From NCBI GenBank assembly GCA_963846575.1, contig CAWJWJ010000002.1, forward strand, positions 64,001 to 128,000: 64,000 nucleotides of DNA, in the 5' to 3' direction. Position numbers and translations under genes: made by a program. The stretch comes from an uncultured Nitrospiraceae bacterium (lineage in GTDB: Bacteria; Nitrospirota; Nitrospiria; Nitrospirales; Nitrospiraceae). This document shows, piece after piece, positions 49,304-58,939 of the stretch. Each line of letters opens with the position of its first letter. Position 1 is the stretch's first letter. The notes beneath the pieces are model-generated. The model worked only from the letters and a program-made list of their open reading frames with translations, did no database searches and was not told where the DNA came from.

Positions 49304-49852
49304 ATGAAACAGGTAGGTATGAATAGATTGGCGCTGGCGATCGGCATTTTTGGGTTTGGGCTGGCTGTGGTTGGTTGCGGAGGTGAGGCGGGGGAAGGCC
49401 CCATTGTTCCCCCACCGCCGGCTCCGGCTGAATATGCCGATAAACACATGCCTGCCGGATGGTGGGCGGATCCAAAAATCATCGAAGAGGGTCGTGAGCT
49501 CTACATCGGCGGCAAGAATCCGGATGTGAATTGCGCGAGCTGCCATGGCAAGGATGGCAAACCCGTCAAGGCCGGCGCGCGAGACTTTCGTAACGGCGAT
49601 CGCATGAAGCTCTATTCGGATTCCGTCTGGTTCTGGCGTATTTCCGAGGGAGTGCCCAACACCAAGATGAAACCCTGGAAGAGCAAGTTATCCGAAGAGG
49701 ACCGCTGGAAGATCATGGCGTTTGAGCGGACGTTTGGATTGTCCGGAAAAGGATGGGACACCGAGAAGAAGGATTGGGTTCCTTCTGATCAGGTGAAGTC
49801 GGCCGCGGTGCCAGGTGGCGTGCAAACCGCGCAGGTTGAGGCGAGCAAGTAA
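49304..49852 (+). CDS. Monohaem cytochrome c lipoprotein
   Basis: Lipobox VVGC, CASCH, distal Met in TKMKPW; start 49304 or 49319. Confidence 0.88.
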   Translation: MKQVGMNRLALAIGIFGFGLAVVGCGGEAGEGPIVPPPPAPAEYADKHMPAGWWADPKIIEEGRELYIGGKNPDVNCASCHGKDGKPVKAGARDFRNGDRMKLYSDSVWFWRISEGVPNTKMKPWKSKLSEEDRWKIMAFERTFGLSGKGWDTEKKDWVPSDQVKSAAVPGGVQTAQVEASK

Positions 49853-49894
49853 GGCACACGTACCGGCGAAGATGAGGAGGAGCGGCGAGACATC

Positions 49895-51598
49895 ATGAAA
49901 ATCTGGCAGCGCTGTTTGTTGGTTATGTTCGCGCTAGTGGCGATATTGGGGGGCGTCGCGTATGCGCAGGCTCCCAGTGCGCCCCCCGTTGAGTTTCCCT
50001 ACACCGGGAACCGCACGGCGGTATGGATCGTCGCTCAGCTTCACATTCTCTTCGCAGGGTTTATCCTTGGCGCCCCGATTTTCGTGGTGATTTCTGAGTG
50101 GTTGGGGTATCGGAAGCAGGACCCGCGGTATGACCGATTGGCGAAAGAGGTGACGAAGGTCACAGTCATTCTCTACAGTATGACCGCGCTGACAGGCGGC
50201 CTGTTTATCTTCGTCTTGTTGGCAACCTACCCGCAGTTTACTACCTGGCTCATCAATCACTTCTTCCTGATATTCGCGGTGATCTATCCACTGCTCTTCA
50301 TCGGGGAAACCATCGTCCTCTACATGTATTTCTATACGTGGGATGCATGGAAGGGCGAAAAGAAGGGGCGCCATATCGCATTAGGCGTGTTGTTGAATCT
50401 TATCGGGTCGATCACGCTCTTCGTGATCGACGGCCCGACCTCCTTTATGAATACCCCCGTCCGTGCAGAAGGAGTTTCGCCGGCCGAATTCCTGGCGAGT
50501 GCATCCCTCTGGGACAAGGTGTTCAATTACAGTTGGATGCCGCTCAATCTCCACCGATTGGTCGGCAACGTGACCTTCGGCGGATTCATCGCGGGGCTGA
50601 TCGCGGCGTACATGTTCATGGGCTCCAAGAAGGACGAAGAGCGGGCCTATTATGATTGGATGGGTTTTGTCGGCAACATGATCGGTGTGGGGGCACTGTT
50701 GTTCCTGCCGTTTATGGGCTATTTGCTGTCCTACGAGCTCTGCGACTACGACGCCTCGATCTGTCCTTACATGATGGCGGATCAGTTGTCGATGTTCTTC
50801 GAAATGCAGGGCGCCATGGTCGGTCTGATATTCCTGGCCAGTAACTACTATATCTGGTTGAGTATGAAACGGATCGAAGGTGTCGAGCGCGTACGCATGA
50901 CCGTACTAGCGCCGATCGTGATGGTTCTGTTGCCCATCGTCATGACCAAGGTCCTCACGGACTACCCGGTCCCAGATGCCACATCCTTGGCATTTTTGTT
51001 GCCCCTGCTGTTGGCGCCAGTGATCCTCGGGAGGTTCATTCCGCTCACCGTTTCGTCGAGCACGGTCATCAAGGTCGGGTTCTTAATGGTGGTGGTCGGG
51101 AATGCGATCTGGATGACGCCCCATGGGTTTGTGCCGACGGGCGCCAAGCTGGTGGCGGAACTGGAGTTGCCGTCCGATTGGAACTTCCTGGCGTTGATGC
51201 CGGCCAAGAATTCTGCGGCGTTCACCCTGATCTTCGTGACGGTCGTGAACTACGTCATCTACAACCGGGCGGTTTCGCAGGGCACCATCGTCTGGGGGAA
51301 GATCGATTTTGCTTCACAGTTCGTCCTGGTCTTCCTGGCATTCAGTGCCATTTGGACCATGGGACTCATGGGTGCCGTACGATCTTTGCTGCGGAAGTAC
51401 TTCCATACCTATAATCTGCTGCCCGATTTTACCGCCGAGTCCTTCACACCGACCCTGTCCTACTCGGCCTGGTGGATTACCGGCATTACGGTGACCTTTT
51501 TTGCCGTGGTCAGCTTTGCCATCCTTGTGACATTGCGTCCCTCGGATTCGAAGGGTCACGCGCACGAGGGGAGCCCTGTGCCTGCCGGTGCCAAGTAA
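49895..51598 (+). CDS. Cytochrome bd-like oxidase subunit (CydA-like), paralogue 1
   Basis: AQLHILFAGFILGAP (His of CydA helix I), SFMNTP, LHRLVGN (second haem His); lacks the canonical GRQPW motif. Confidence 0.8.
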   Translation: MKIWQRCLLVMFALVAILGGVAYAQAPSAPPVEFPYTGNRTAVWIVAQLHILFAGFILGAPIFVVISEWLGYRKQDPRYDRLAKEVTKVTVILYSMTALTGGLFIFVLLATYPQFTTWLINHFFLIFAVIYPLLFIGETIVLYMYFYTWDAWKGEKKGRHIALGVLLNLIGSITLFVIDGPTSFMNTPVRAEGVSPAEFLASASLWDKVFNYSWMPLNLHRLVGNVTFGGFIAGLIAAYMFMGSKKDEERAYYDWMGFVGNMIGVGALLFLPFMGYLLSYELCDYDASICPYMMADQLSMFFEMQGAMVGLIFLASNYYIWLSMKRIEGVERVRMTVLAPIVMVLLPIVMTKVLTDYPVPDATSLAFLLPLLLAPVILGRFIPLTVSSSTVIKVGFLMVVVGNAIWMTPHGFVPTGAKLVAELELPSDWNFLALMPAKNSAAFTLIFVTVVNYVIYNRAVSQGTIVWGKIDFASQFVLVFLAFSAIWTMGLMGAVRSLLRKYFHTYNLLPDFTAESFTPTLSYSAWWITGITVTFFAVVSFAILVTLRPSDSKGHAHEGSPVPAGAK

Positions 51599-51637
51599 CT
51601 GGTCACAAATCTGGAAGGGTGATAAGCGAGGGTACTC

Positions 51638-52441
51638 ATGGGAAACGTGATTAAGAAGTCGATCGTTGGAGTCATTATCGGCGGAATTCTATTCGGGGCT
51701 ACCAACGCACTGGGTTTTCCGTTCGTGTTCCAGGTGTTGTTTTTTGGCTATGCGATGCTCGGCGCCATCGTCTTTATTATTCTCGACCTTCCTCCCCTCA
51801 AGCCGCTCAGCGGGATGAAAGCCGCCGGTGCCCTCATCGTGTTCTACATTATTCTCTCGGTCGCCTACATCGCAGGCGGCGCCGTATGGCCGCAGTTCGA
51901 TCCCGAAGACGAAAAGGGCAAGATCGACAAGATCTTGAAGCCCAAGCGCGAACAATACGAGGCCGGCAAAGTCGAAGTGCTATTGCAGAGAGCCAAGGCT
52001 TTGGACGAGAAGACCAAGGAACTGACCGCCCGATTGCAGGCGCTGGGTGTCGCGCAGGCTCCTGCCGACCAGAAGGCCGGTGGTGGAGCCGTGCCTACAG
52101 GGACGACCGCATCCAGCGGCGATATTGCCAAGCTGGGCGCGGAGCAATGGGAACTTCAGGAGTGCTACAACTGCCACAAGTTGAACGGTGAAGGCGGAAA
52201 GAAGCGGGGTCCTGAGCTGGATAACATCGGCAACCTTCTGACCGCGGATGAAATCGCTCAAAAAATTCTGGATCCGAAGAGTTACAAAGCCGAGGGTTTC
52301 GAGAAGGAATACGACAAGGGGAAGATGCCGGACAAGTACAAGGATCTGATGGAGCCCAGTGACGTACAGGCATTGGCGGTCTGGCTGGCTGGTTATAAGA
52401 ATGCTTCGGTGAATACGCCGAAGCCGATCAAGATGAAGTGA
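51638..52441 (+). CDS. Membrane-anchored (3 TM) monohaem cytochrome c
   Basis: Three N-terminal TM helices, coiled linker, CYNCH, GPELDNIG, distal Met in GKMP. Confidence 0.85.
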   Translation: MGNVIKKSIVGVIIGGILFGATNALGFPFVFQVLFFGYAMLGAIVFIILDLPPLKPLSGMKAAGALIVFYIILSVAYIAGGAVWPQFDPEDEKGKIDKILKPKREQYEAGKVEVLLQRAKALDEKTKELTARLQALGVAQAPADQKAGGGAVPTGTTASSGDIAKLGAEQWELQECYNCHKLNGEGGKKRGPELDNIGNLLTADEIAQKILDPKSYKAEGFEKEYDKGKMPDKYKDLMEPSDVQALAVWLAGYKNASVNTPKPIKMK

Positions 52442-53385
52442 GCATCATGCAGCCGAAACTGAAATCCAAAGTTCGTTGTTCGGACAGTGAAGTCGGAGAA
52501 GTGCGCCGGGTCGTCGTGGATCCTCTGTCGCACGAGGTGAGCCATATCGTCGTGGGAGGCCATGCGACGGGCTCGCTCGAGCGTCAAGTTCCGGTAGGGC
52601 AACTCCAGTCGGTCACCGACGACGTGGTGACGCTCCGCTGTAGTGCTACGGAGTTCTCGGCCTTGCCCGTCTTTAAGCGCGAAGATTATGTCACGACCCA
52701 CGAGGTTGAAATTGCCCACCTCGAGGAGCGCATCCATGTGACTCCTGGTGAAGTGCTCGTGCCCTTTCCTGAGCTGGAACGGAGTGTGAAGCGGCGCACG
52801 TTCTTCGCGAACTTCACCCACGCCATCGGATTTCTGATTGGCCTGCCGTTGGCATTCCCCGTCCTGCGCTATCTTATGAAGCCGATGTACTCCCCGTTCG
52901 ACAATCAATGGCTGAAGATCGGCAATGCCGGAAAAATCAAGCAGGATGATATCGGCGTTCAGTACAAGTACAAGCGCAGCGTGAAAGAAGCCTACATGCC
53001 GCAGCAGGAGATCGACAAGAACGTCTGGGTATTGAAAGCCTCGCCCAAGGTCCTGGAAAGCATTTATCAGGGGAAGGACATGGAGTTTCGGGACGCGACA
53101 GGGAAGCATCTCTGGACGAATAAGAAGGATGTGCCGTACATCGTCTATTCCGGCAAGTGTCCGCATCTGGGTTGTGGCTACAAGTGGCGAACGCACAAGA
53201 CGCTCGGTCAGGTTTTTCTCTGTCCCTGTCATCTGAGCATTTACGATGCTTCCGGCAAGGTGCTGGATGGGCCGGCTCCGCGCGCGCTCGATCCGCTGCC
53301 CATCAAGGTGACCCCCGCCGGGGATATCACCATTATCGACATGGAATTCAAGGCGGGCACGAAGGCCCAGGTTCGGATTGTCTAA
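52438..53385 (+). CDS. qcrA: Rieske 2Fe-2S subunit of a bc-type complex with N-terminal PRC-barrel domain
   Basis: CPHLGC and CPCHLSIY boxes, GPAPRALD; internal KRRTFF plus TM helix; PRC-like VRCSDSEVGEVRRVVVDP. Confidence 0.85.
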   Translation: MSIMQPKLKSKVRCSDSEVGEVRRVVVDPLSHEVSHIVVGGHATGSLERQVPVGQLQSVTDDVVTLRCSATEFSALPVFKREDYVTTHEVEIAHLEERIHVTPGEVLVPFPELERSVKRRTFFANFTHAIGFLIGLPLAFPVLRYLMKPMYSPFDNQWLKIGNAGKIKQDDIGVQYKYKRSVKEAYMPQQEIDKNVWVLKASPKVLESIYQGKDMEFRDATGKHLWTNKKDVPYIVYSGKCPHLGCGYKWRTHKTLGQVFLCPCHLSIYDASGKVLDGPAPRALDPLPIKVTPAGDITIIDMEFKAGTKAQVRIV

Positions 53386-54501
53386 ATGGAAACGACTACG
53401 CAGCCGACAAGCAGCCAGCCCTCAGCTATCGAAAAAGTCTTAGCATTCGTCGATGAACGTGTGGGGCTCAAGACCCTGCAGGCGAAGATGCTCAATGAGC
53501 CGGTCCCGGGCGGATCGCGCTGGGCCTATGTCTTCGGGTCCATCCTGCTCTTTATCTTCATCATGCAGGCGGTCACCGGTGTTCTGCTGATGTTTTACTA
53601 CGTCCCGACTGCCGACCATGCCTACGCCAGCACGCAGTACATCATTCACAATGTGGATTATGGCTGGTTCTTGTTGGGGTACCACTTCTGGGGCTCGACG
53701 GCCATGGTGGTCTGTGTGTTTGCCCACATGTCCCAGGTGTTCCTATGGGGTGCCTACAAGAAACCTCGAGAACTGGTGTGGCTCGTGGGATTGGCCCTCT
53801 TCGGGATCGTGATGGGATTCGGATTTACCGGATACTTGCTTCCATGGGATCAGCGGGCCTATTGGGCCACGACGGTCGGTGTGGAAATCATGGATAAGAC
53901 GCCGGTCCTCGGTGACTTCATGGCTCGTTTTCTCAAGGGCGGCGCGACGCCGGGGCAGATGACATTGAGTCGATTCTTCGTGATCCACGTGATGGTCCTG
54001 CCGGCGGCGCTGATGGGACTGGCCGGCTTGCATGTGTTCCTCTTCCGCAAGGCCGGTCCGGCGGGCCCGTTCCGCGGCAGCGAGGAGGAAATAAAGGCGA
54101 AGACCGACTATTTTTTCCCGCGTCAAATCTGGAAAGACATGGTCGGCATGGTCCTGGTGTTCCTCATTATCTGCAGCCTGGCGGTGTGGGAGCCTGTGGT
54201 GCTCCTTGAAGAGGCGGCTCCTGACCCTGGCGACTACCATCCCGAACCGGAATGGTATTTCCTCTTCCTGTTTCAGCTTTTGCGGCTCAAGGTGTTCGCA
54301 GGGGAGTTCGGGCAGTTTCTTGGCGCGATCGCGTTGCCGGGCGCGTTCATGGCGCTGCTGGCCGCCCTGCCGTTTATCGATACCAGTCCGGAGAGGAATA
54401 TCTTCCGGCGACCGATCGCGTTGATCGGATGGATCGTGGTCATGGCCACCATTGTGATCTTCACCGTGGCGGCAATCATCAACCGCGAATTTTTGGATTA
54501 G
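53386..54501 (+). CDS. qcrB: Cytochrome b subunit of a bc-type complex
   Basis: Four haem His residues (YHFWG, AHMS, IHVM, LHVF), GYLLPWDQRAYWA, PEWY Qo motif. Confidence 0.92.
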   Translation: METTTQPTSSQPSAIEKVLAFVDERVGLKTLQAKMLNEPVPGGSRWAYVFGSILLFIFIMQAVTGVLLMFYYVPTADHAYASTQYIIHNVDYGWFLLGYHFWGSTAMVVCVFAHMSQVFLWGAYKKPRELVWLVGLALFGIVMGFGFTGYLLPWDQRAYWATTVGVEIMDKTPVLGDFMARFLKGGATPGQMTLSRFFVIHVMVLPAALMGLAGLHVFLFRKAGPAGPFRGSEEEIKAKTDYFFPRQIWKDMVGMVLVFLIICSLAVWEPVVLLEEAAPDPGDYHPEPEWYFLFLFQLLRLKVFAGEFGQFLGAIALPGAFMALLAALPFIDTSPERNIFRRPIALIGWIVVMATIVIFTVAAIINREFLD

Positions 54502-54519
54502 GCGGAGGGCCTCGAGCAC

Positions 54520-55545
54520 ATGACTGGTCGAGAGACGATGTCGTCATTTAAGTTAGGGATCAGTATTCTGTGGCCAGCCTGCTGGACTGCGTTGCCGATC
54601 AAGATGGCCTTTGCTTTATTGTTCATGGCAATGGGATCCATCCACATCGAGAACACGCTCGGGGTGACATTCTTAATGCTGCTGCTGACTCCGGTCAGCG
54701 TCTTTGCCTATTTCGTCATTTCCGCAGCATTAGGATTCCATTTCGCCGAGGGATCCGGCCTTCCTCTCCTCTTCATTCTGTCTATTCCAATCGATATATG
54801 GGCCTTGGGCCTCGTGGCGCGCACATTCTTTTTGGAGCAGCTGCGACTGGAACCCCCGACCTCGCTTGGATTGGGTCTGTGGGTGAAATTCTCGCTGGCG
54901 GGGGCGATCTACCTTCCGCTGTTGTGGTTCCTCGTAGGCGGAGCCACTGACATTGCGCGGGCTACCGTGAAGGCAGTCCTCGATATGGAGTCGTTCAAGC
55001 ATTTACCGGTCGCCGAACGGATCGGAGTCGAATTCACGGCATGGGGAAGTGTTTCCATGATCGTCCTCCTGCTGCTCACGTTCGTTGGCCTGTCGATTCT
55101 GGGAAAACTCGCACAAGCCCCTGCCAAGAGCGCCCAACCGGCCACCGGGTCGTACCAGGGTCTGATATCACGTTGGGACATGCTCCGCGTGCCGGCCGAC
55201 CAGGGGTTGATGTTAACCGCATTCACCGCGACCGGTGCGGTGCTCAGTGTTTTATTCTGGTCCGTGCTTCCCGTGTCGACGCCACATCCTCAAGAATGCT
55301 GTAAGCCCCCGGAAGAGACGGTGGTTGGTCACTTTGACCCTCAGAAAGTTTTAAGTACCGGCGAAAAGACCTTGAAGGCCGCGGAGCTCAAGATCGCCGC
55401 GCTGGAACAGCAGGCTGCCGAGGAAGACAAAGACAAATCCAAAGGCAAAGACAAAGACAAAGCTGGTGTCAAGGAAGGTTCCGCCAAGCACGACGGGAAG
55501 GCTTCGCAATCAGCAGCCGGAAAACCGGCGGGAAGCGGCAAATGA
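54520..55545 (+). CDS. Hypothetical polytopic membrane protein in the respiratory operon
   Basis: About 6 TM helices, PHPQECCKPP, then a coiled coil and a Lys/Asp-rich tail. Confidence 0.7.
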   Translation: MTGRETMSSFKLGISILWPACWTALPIKMAFALLFMAMGSIHIENTLGVTFLMLLLTPVSVFAYFVISAALGFHFAEGSGLPLLFILSIPIDIWALGLVARTFFLEQLRLEPPTSLGLGLWVKFSLAGAIYLPLLWFLVGGATDIARATVKAVLDMESFKHLPVAERIGVEFTAWGSVSMIVLLLLTFVGLSILGKLAQAPAKSAQPATGSYQGLISRWDMLRVPADQGLMLTAFTATGAVLSVLFWSVLPVSTPHPQECCKPPEETVVGHFDPQKVLSTGEKTLKAAELKIAALEQQAAEEDKDKSKGKDKDKAGVKEGSAKHDGKASQSAAGKPAGSGK

Positions 55546-55573
55546 CATCATGGCGAATGACGAGGTACGAACA

Positions 55574-57463
55574 ATGATGCACCAGGGTCCGATGGTCACA
55601 AATCAAGGGCATCCGCTCGTAGGGCGTGCCGCCTTACTGGCCGGATGTGTTGCGTTGCTGGGACTCGTGGGCGCGGCCGACATGGCGCTGGCGCAAGAAT
55701 CCGTCGCCGCACAGGCGCCCACAGCCTATCGGGACCTCCCGCTTATCGGCAGTCGAAATCTCGTGTGGATCATTGCCCAGCTCCACCTCCTGCTTGCCGG
55801 ATTCGTCTTGGGCGTTCCGATTTTTGCCTGGTTGTGCGAAATCGTCGGGTGGAAGTCGGGAGACAAGCGTTATGACAAGTTGGCAAAGGAGTTCACCAAA
55901 CTGCTGACTTCCTCCTACGCGACGACCGCCCTCTTCGGCGGGATTTTGCTGTTTCTTTTAATCGGCTTCTATCCGAAGTTGATGACGTACCTAACAGATA
56001 TCTTTTTCCCCTCTTTCCTCGTGTATTGCGCATTGTTCCTGGTTGAAACCGCCACACTCTACCTCTATTGGTACGGTTGGGATGCCATGTCCGAAGGCAA
56101 CGGGAAGAAATTTCATATATTCCTGGGCCTCCTCCTGAATGTGTTTGCCTTCTTCATTATGATCGTGCCGAACTCGTGGGCGACCTTCCAGGCCAGTCCC
56201 GTGGTCCTCGCAGAGGGTACCGACTTTGAGCGAGCGTGGGCCGCGACGTGGAATCCAACCTGGTGGCCGGTGAACGTTCATCGATTGATCGCCAACGTCG
56301 TCCTCGGCGGATACATTTGCGGTGCCTATGCAGGCATTCGTTATCTCTCGGCGAGAAGCCAGGAAGAACGCTACCACTATGATTGGATGGGCTACGTCGG
56401 GAATTTTATCGGCGTGTTCGGTCTTCTCCCCCTTCCCTTCGCCGGCTATTGGTTGATGCGCGAAATTTACCAGTACAACCAACAGATGGGCATCACGCTC
56501 ATGGGTGGATTCCTTTCCTGGTTGTTTATTCTGCAGGCCATGTTGATCGGCGTGCTGTTCCTGGGGTCGAACTACTATTTCTGGCTGGGAATTACGCATC
56601 GAATACCAGGATCCGAGGCTCAGTATCGCAAACCGATCATGGCCATGCTGATCATCCTCTTGCTTTGCCTCGCCGTCTGGATGACTCCCCACTCGCTCGT
56701 TGCCAGTTTGGCGGAGGCACAGCAAATGGGCGGCACGCACCATCCGTTGCTGGGTGTGTTCGGTGTGATGTCGGCCAAAATGACCGTCTCCAATCTCATG
56801 GTACTCGTCACGTTCATGAGCTTCATCATGTACTGGCGAGCGGGCAAGCAAGATACGGCGGGATGGGCCAAGGTCGCCAAGGCCGTCATGGGCGCCGTTC
56901 TGGCGCTGGCCGGTATTGCCGTGATCGTACTCGGTGTGTGGGGGTACTTTGTCCCCGCGATCATCCGGATCAACTATTTCTCCACGTCTCAAGTCGGCAT
57001 CGTCATCTTCGTGATGCTGACGATCACGCCGCTCACTGCGCTCCTTTTGAAAAGCGCGAAGACTACGACTGAAATGGTCTGGGGGAAAATGCCTCCGCGC
57101 GCCGGCTACGCGCTGGTGTTGAATGCGATCATGGTCATTCTGCTCATGACGCTGATGGGATATGCGCGGTCTTCGTCACGGGTGCATTGGCATGTGTACG
57201 GAGTGATGCGCGATTCGTCTCAATACGCCTTCTCTCCCGCGCTGGGTTATGCGGCTGCCTTGATGGCGTTAAATACGTTCCTGTTTTGCCTGTTGGTGGC
57301 CTTCATCTTCTGGGTTGCCACCATGGGTGACAAGGCCAAGGCGGCAGCCTCCGGAACCAAAAGCCAGGCTGAGCCGGGCGCGATTCCCGCGATGGCTGGT
57401 GGTTCGCACACATTGGATGGCGCCGGGCTCGATGTCCCCGTTAGACCACGTCCGTCTGAGTAG
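55574..57463 (+). CDS. Cytochrome bd-like oxidase subunit (CydA-like), paralogue 2
   Basis: AQLHLLLAGFVLGVP, TFQASP, VHRLIAN, YDWMGYVGN, MTPHS, GTHHP, RVHWHVYG; start ATG 55574 after GAGGT. Confidence 0.8.
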   Translation: MMHQGPMVTNQGHPLVGRAALLAGCVALLGLVGAADMALAQESVAAQAPTAYRDLPLIGSRNLVWIIAQLHLLLAGFVLGVPIFAWLCEIVGWKSGDKRYDKLAKEFTKLLTSSYATTALFGGILLFLLIGFYPKLMTYLTDIFFPSFLVYCALFLVETATLYLYWYGWDAMSEGNGKKFHIFLGLLLNVFAFFIMIVPNSWATFQASPVVLAEGTDFERAWAATWNPTWWPVNVHRLIANVVLGGYICGAYAGIRYLSARSQEERYHYDWMGYVGNFIGVFGLLPLPFAGYWLMREIYQYNQQMGITLMGGFLSWLFILQAMLIGVLFLGSNYYFWLGITHRIPGSEAQYRKPIMAMLIILLLCLAVWMTPHSLVASLAEAQQMGGTHHPLLGVFGVMSAKMTVSNLMVLVTFMSFIMYWRAGKQDTAGWAKVAKAVMGAVLALAGIAVIVLGVWGYFVPAIIRINYFSTSQVGIVIFVMLTITPLTALLLKSAKTTTEMVWGKMPPRAGYALVLNAIMVILLMTLMGYARSSSRVHWHVYGVMRDSSQYAFSPALGYAAALMALNTFLFCLLVAFIFWVATMGDKAKAAASGTKSQAEPGAIPAMAGGSHTLDGAGLDVPVRPRPSE

Positions 57464-57526
57464 GAAGCGATCTTTCTCTGGCCTGCTGAAAGGCGGGCAG
57501 TGATCTTTATCCTTTGTTGAGGGCTT

Positions 57527-58147
57527 ATGAGCGAAGTTGTCAAACTGCAGCTAATCGGTCTATGCGTCGTCGGCTTCGGTACCATCATTCTTCTATTCAT
57601 CAAGTCCCAGTTCATCCGAGTCATCGGCTTTGTGTCGATTGTGCTGGGATTGTTTGCCCTGGTGGCGCTGGCCGTTCCACAAATGGCTTCGCTTCCGCCC
57701 GCAGAGGAAAGTATCAACATCGCCGACATCAAAACACCGACGGACATGGCCACCATCGGGCAGAAGATTTTCTTCAGCAAGGGCCAGTGCGCGCTCTGTC
57801 ATTCAATCGGGCCCAGCGAATCGGCCCGTTGCCCTGACTTGAAGGGCATCGGGGCTAAGTTGTCGCGCGAGTTCCTCTACGAGAGTTTGACGGAGCCACA
57901 AGCCTATCTCTATCTGGATTTCCGGCACGAGGGCATTCCCAAGGAATACCCGGCCAGAATGCCCTATATCAATAAGAACCCCATCGGCTTGTCTAAGAAT
58001 GAAATTCTCTCGGTCATCGCATTTTTACAGCAAATGAGTGGTGAGCCTATCAGCGTGAACCCGTCGGAACTAGATCTGCCGCGTGCGACCCCGGCGCCCG
58101 TCAAGGCAGCTGATGCCGGTTCACTCGCCATCGCTCAAGCCCGATAG
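57527..58147 (+). CDS. Membrane-anchored (2 TM) monohaem cytochrome c
   Basis: Two TM helices, CALCH, CPDLKGIG, distal Met in ARMP. Confidence 0.85.
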   Translation: MSEVVKLQLIGLCVVGFGTIILLFIKSQFIRVIGFVSIVLGLFALVALAVPQMASLPPAEESINIADIKTPTDMATIGQKIFFSKGQCALCHSIGPSESARCPDLKGIGAKLSREFLYESLTEPQAYLYLDFRHEGIPKEYPARMPYINKNPIGLSKNEILSVIAFLQQMSGEPISVNPSELDLPRATPAPVKAADAGSLAIAQAR

Positions 58148-58173
58148 TTACCGTCGGAGTGGAGGAGGAAGAT

Positions 58174-58899
58174 ATGGGAGGCGTACTCGTTAGACCGATT
58201 ATACTCACGGTCTTGATTTATCTCTTTTTGAAATTCATCGTCCCTATTCTGCCGCATTCCGCGCCCTTACCATCAAGTCTGATCTTTCTCTATTTGATGC
58301 TCACCACTGCGGGGATCGTGATTTTTGCGACTCTGAGTGGGGCGTCTAAGGATGCGTTTTTCGGCCCGATCTTCCGGTTCTTGACGGGTGAAAGCGGCGG
58401 GGCGCTCAGCGGGGCACGATATCTGGTGTTGGCCCTCTTCCCGTTATTGGTGGGATGGCAGACCTATGGAAGCACGGCTTCCAGTGACGCGCCTCCAGCT
58501 GAAAATCGCACGATTCACCCTGCTCCCCCCGGGGAGTACACCGGACTCTCGAATCCCGTTCCGAAGACCCCGGACAACATCATGTACGGGAAGGGCCTCT
58601 ATGCCTCGCGTTGTTCACCCTGCCATGGAAATTTCGACGGTAAGGGTTTTGCCGCGCCTGGCTTCACACCTCCGCCGGCGAATTTTAAGGATCCGACCAC
58701 GATTGCGATGCTTCAGGAAAGTTATCTGTTCTGGCGGATCAAACGCGGCGGCGTGGGCCTTCCCGTCGAAGGCATGCCCTGGAAGTCGGCGATGCCACGT
58801 TGGGAGCTGGAGCTGTCCGATGAGGACATCTGGAAAGTCATTATGGGCGAATACGATGGAGCCGGACAAAAGCCCCGCACGTGGGATGAGTCCGAATAA
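58174..58899 (+). CDS. Membrane-anchored (3 TM) monohaem cytochrome c
   Basis: Three TM helices, CSPCH, PPPANF, YLFWRI, SAMPRW. Confidence 0.85.
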   Translation: MGGVLVRPIILTVLIYLFLKFIVPILPHSAPLPSSLIFLYLMLTTAGIVIFATLSGASKDAFFGPIFRFLTGESGGALSGARYLVLALFPLLVGWQTYGSTASSDAPPAENRTIHPAPPGEYTGLSNPVPKTPDNIMYGKGLYASRCSPCHGNFDGKGFAAPGFTPPPANFKDPTTIAMLQESYLFWRIKRGGVGLPVEGMPWKSAMPRWELELSDEDIWKVIMGEYDGAGQKPRTWDESE

Positions 58900-58939
58900 T
58901 TTCTCCGACCAGGGATCGCTGAGCAACTAAGGGGAGCGT

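Noticed and set aside
55426..55461. GACAAA tandem repeats
   Set aside because: Simply encode a low-complexity Asp/Lys tail in frame; not a CRISPR or a phase-variable tract.
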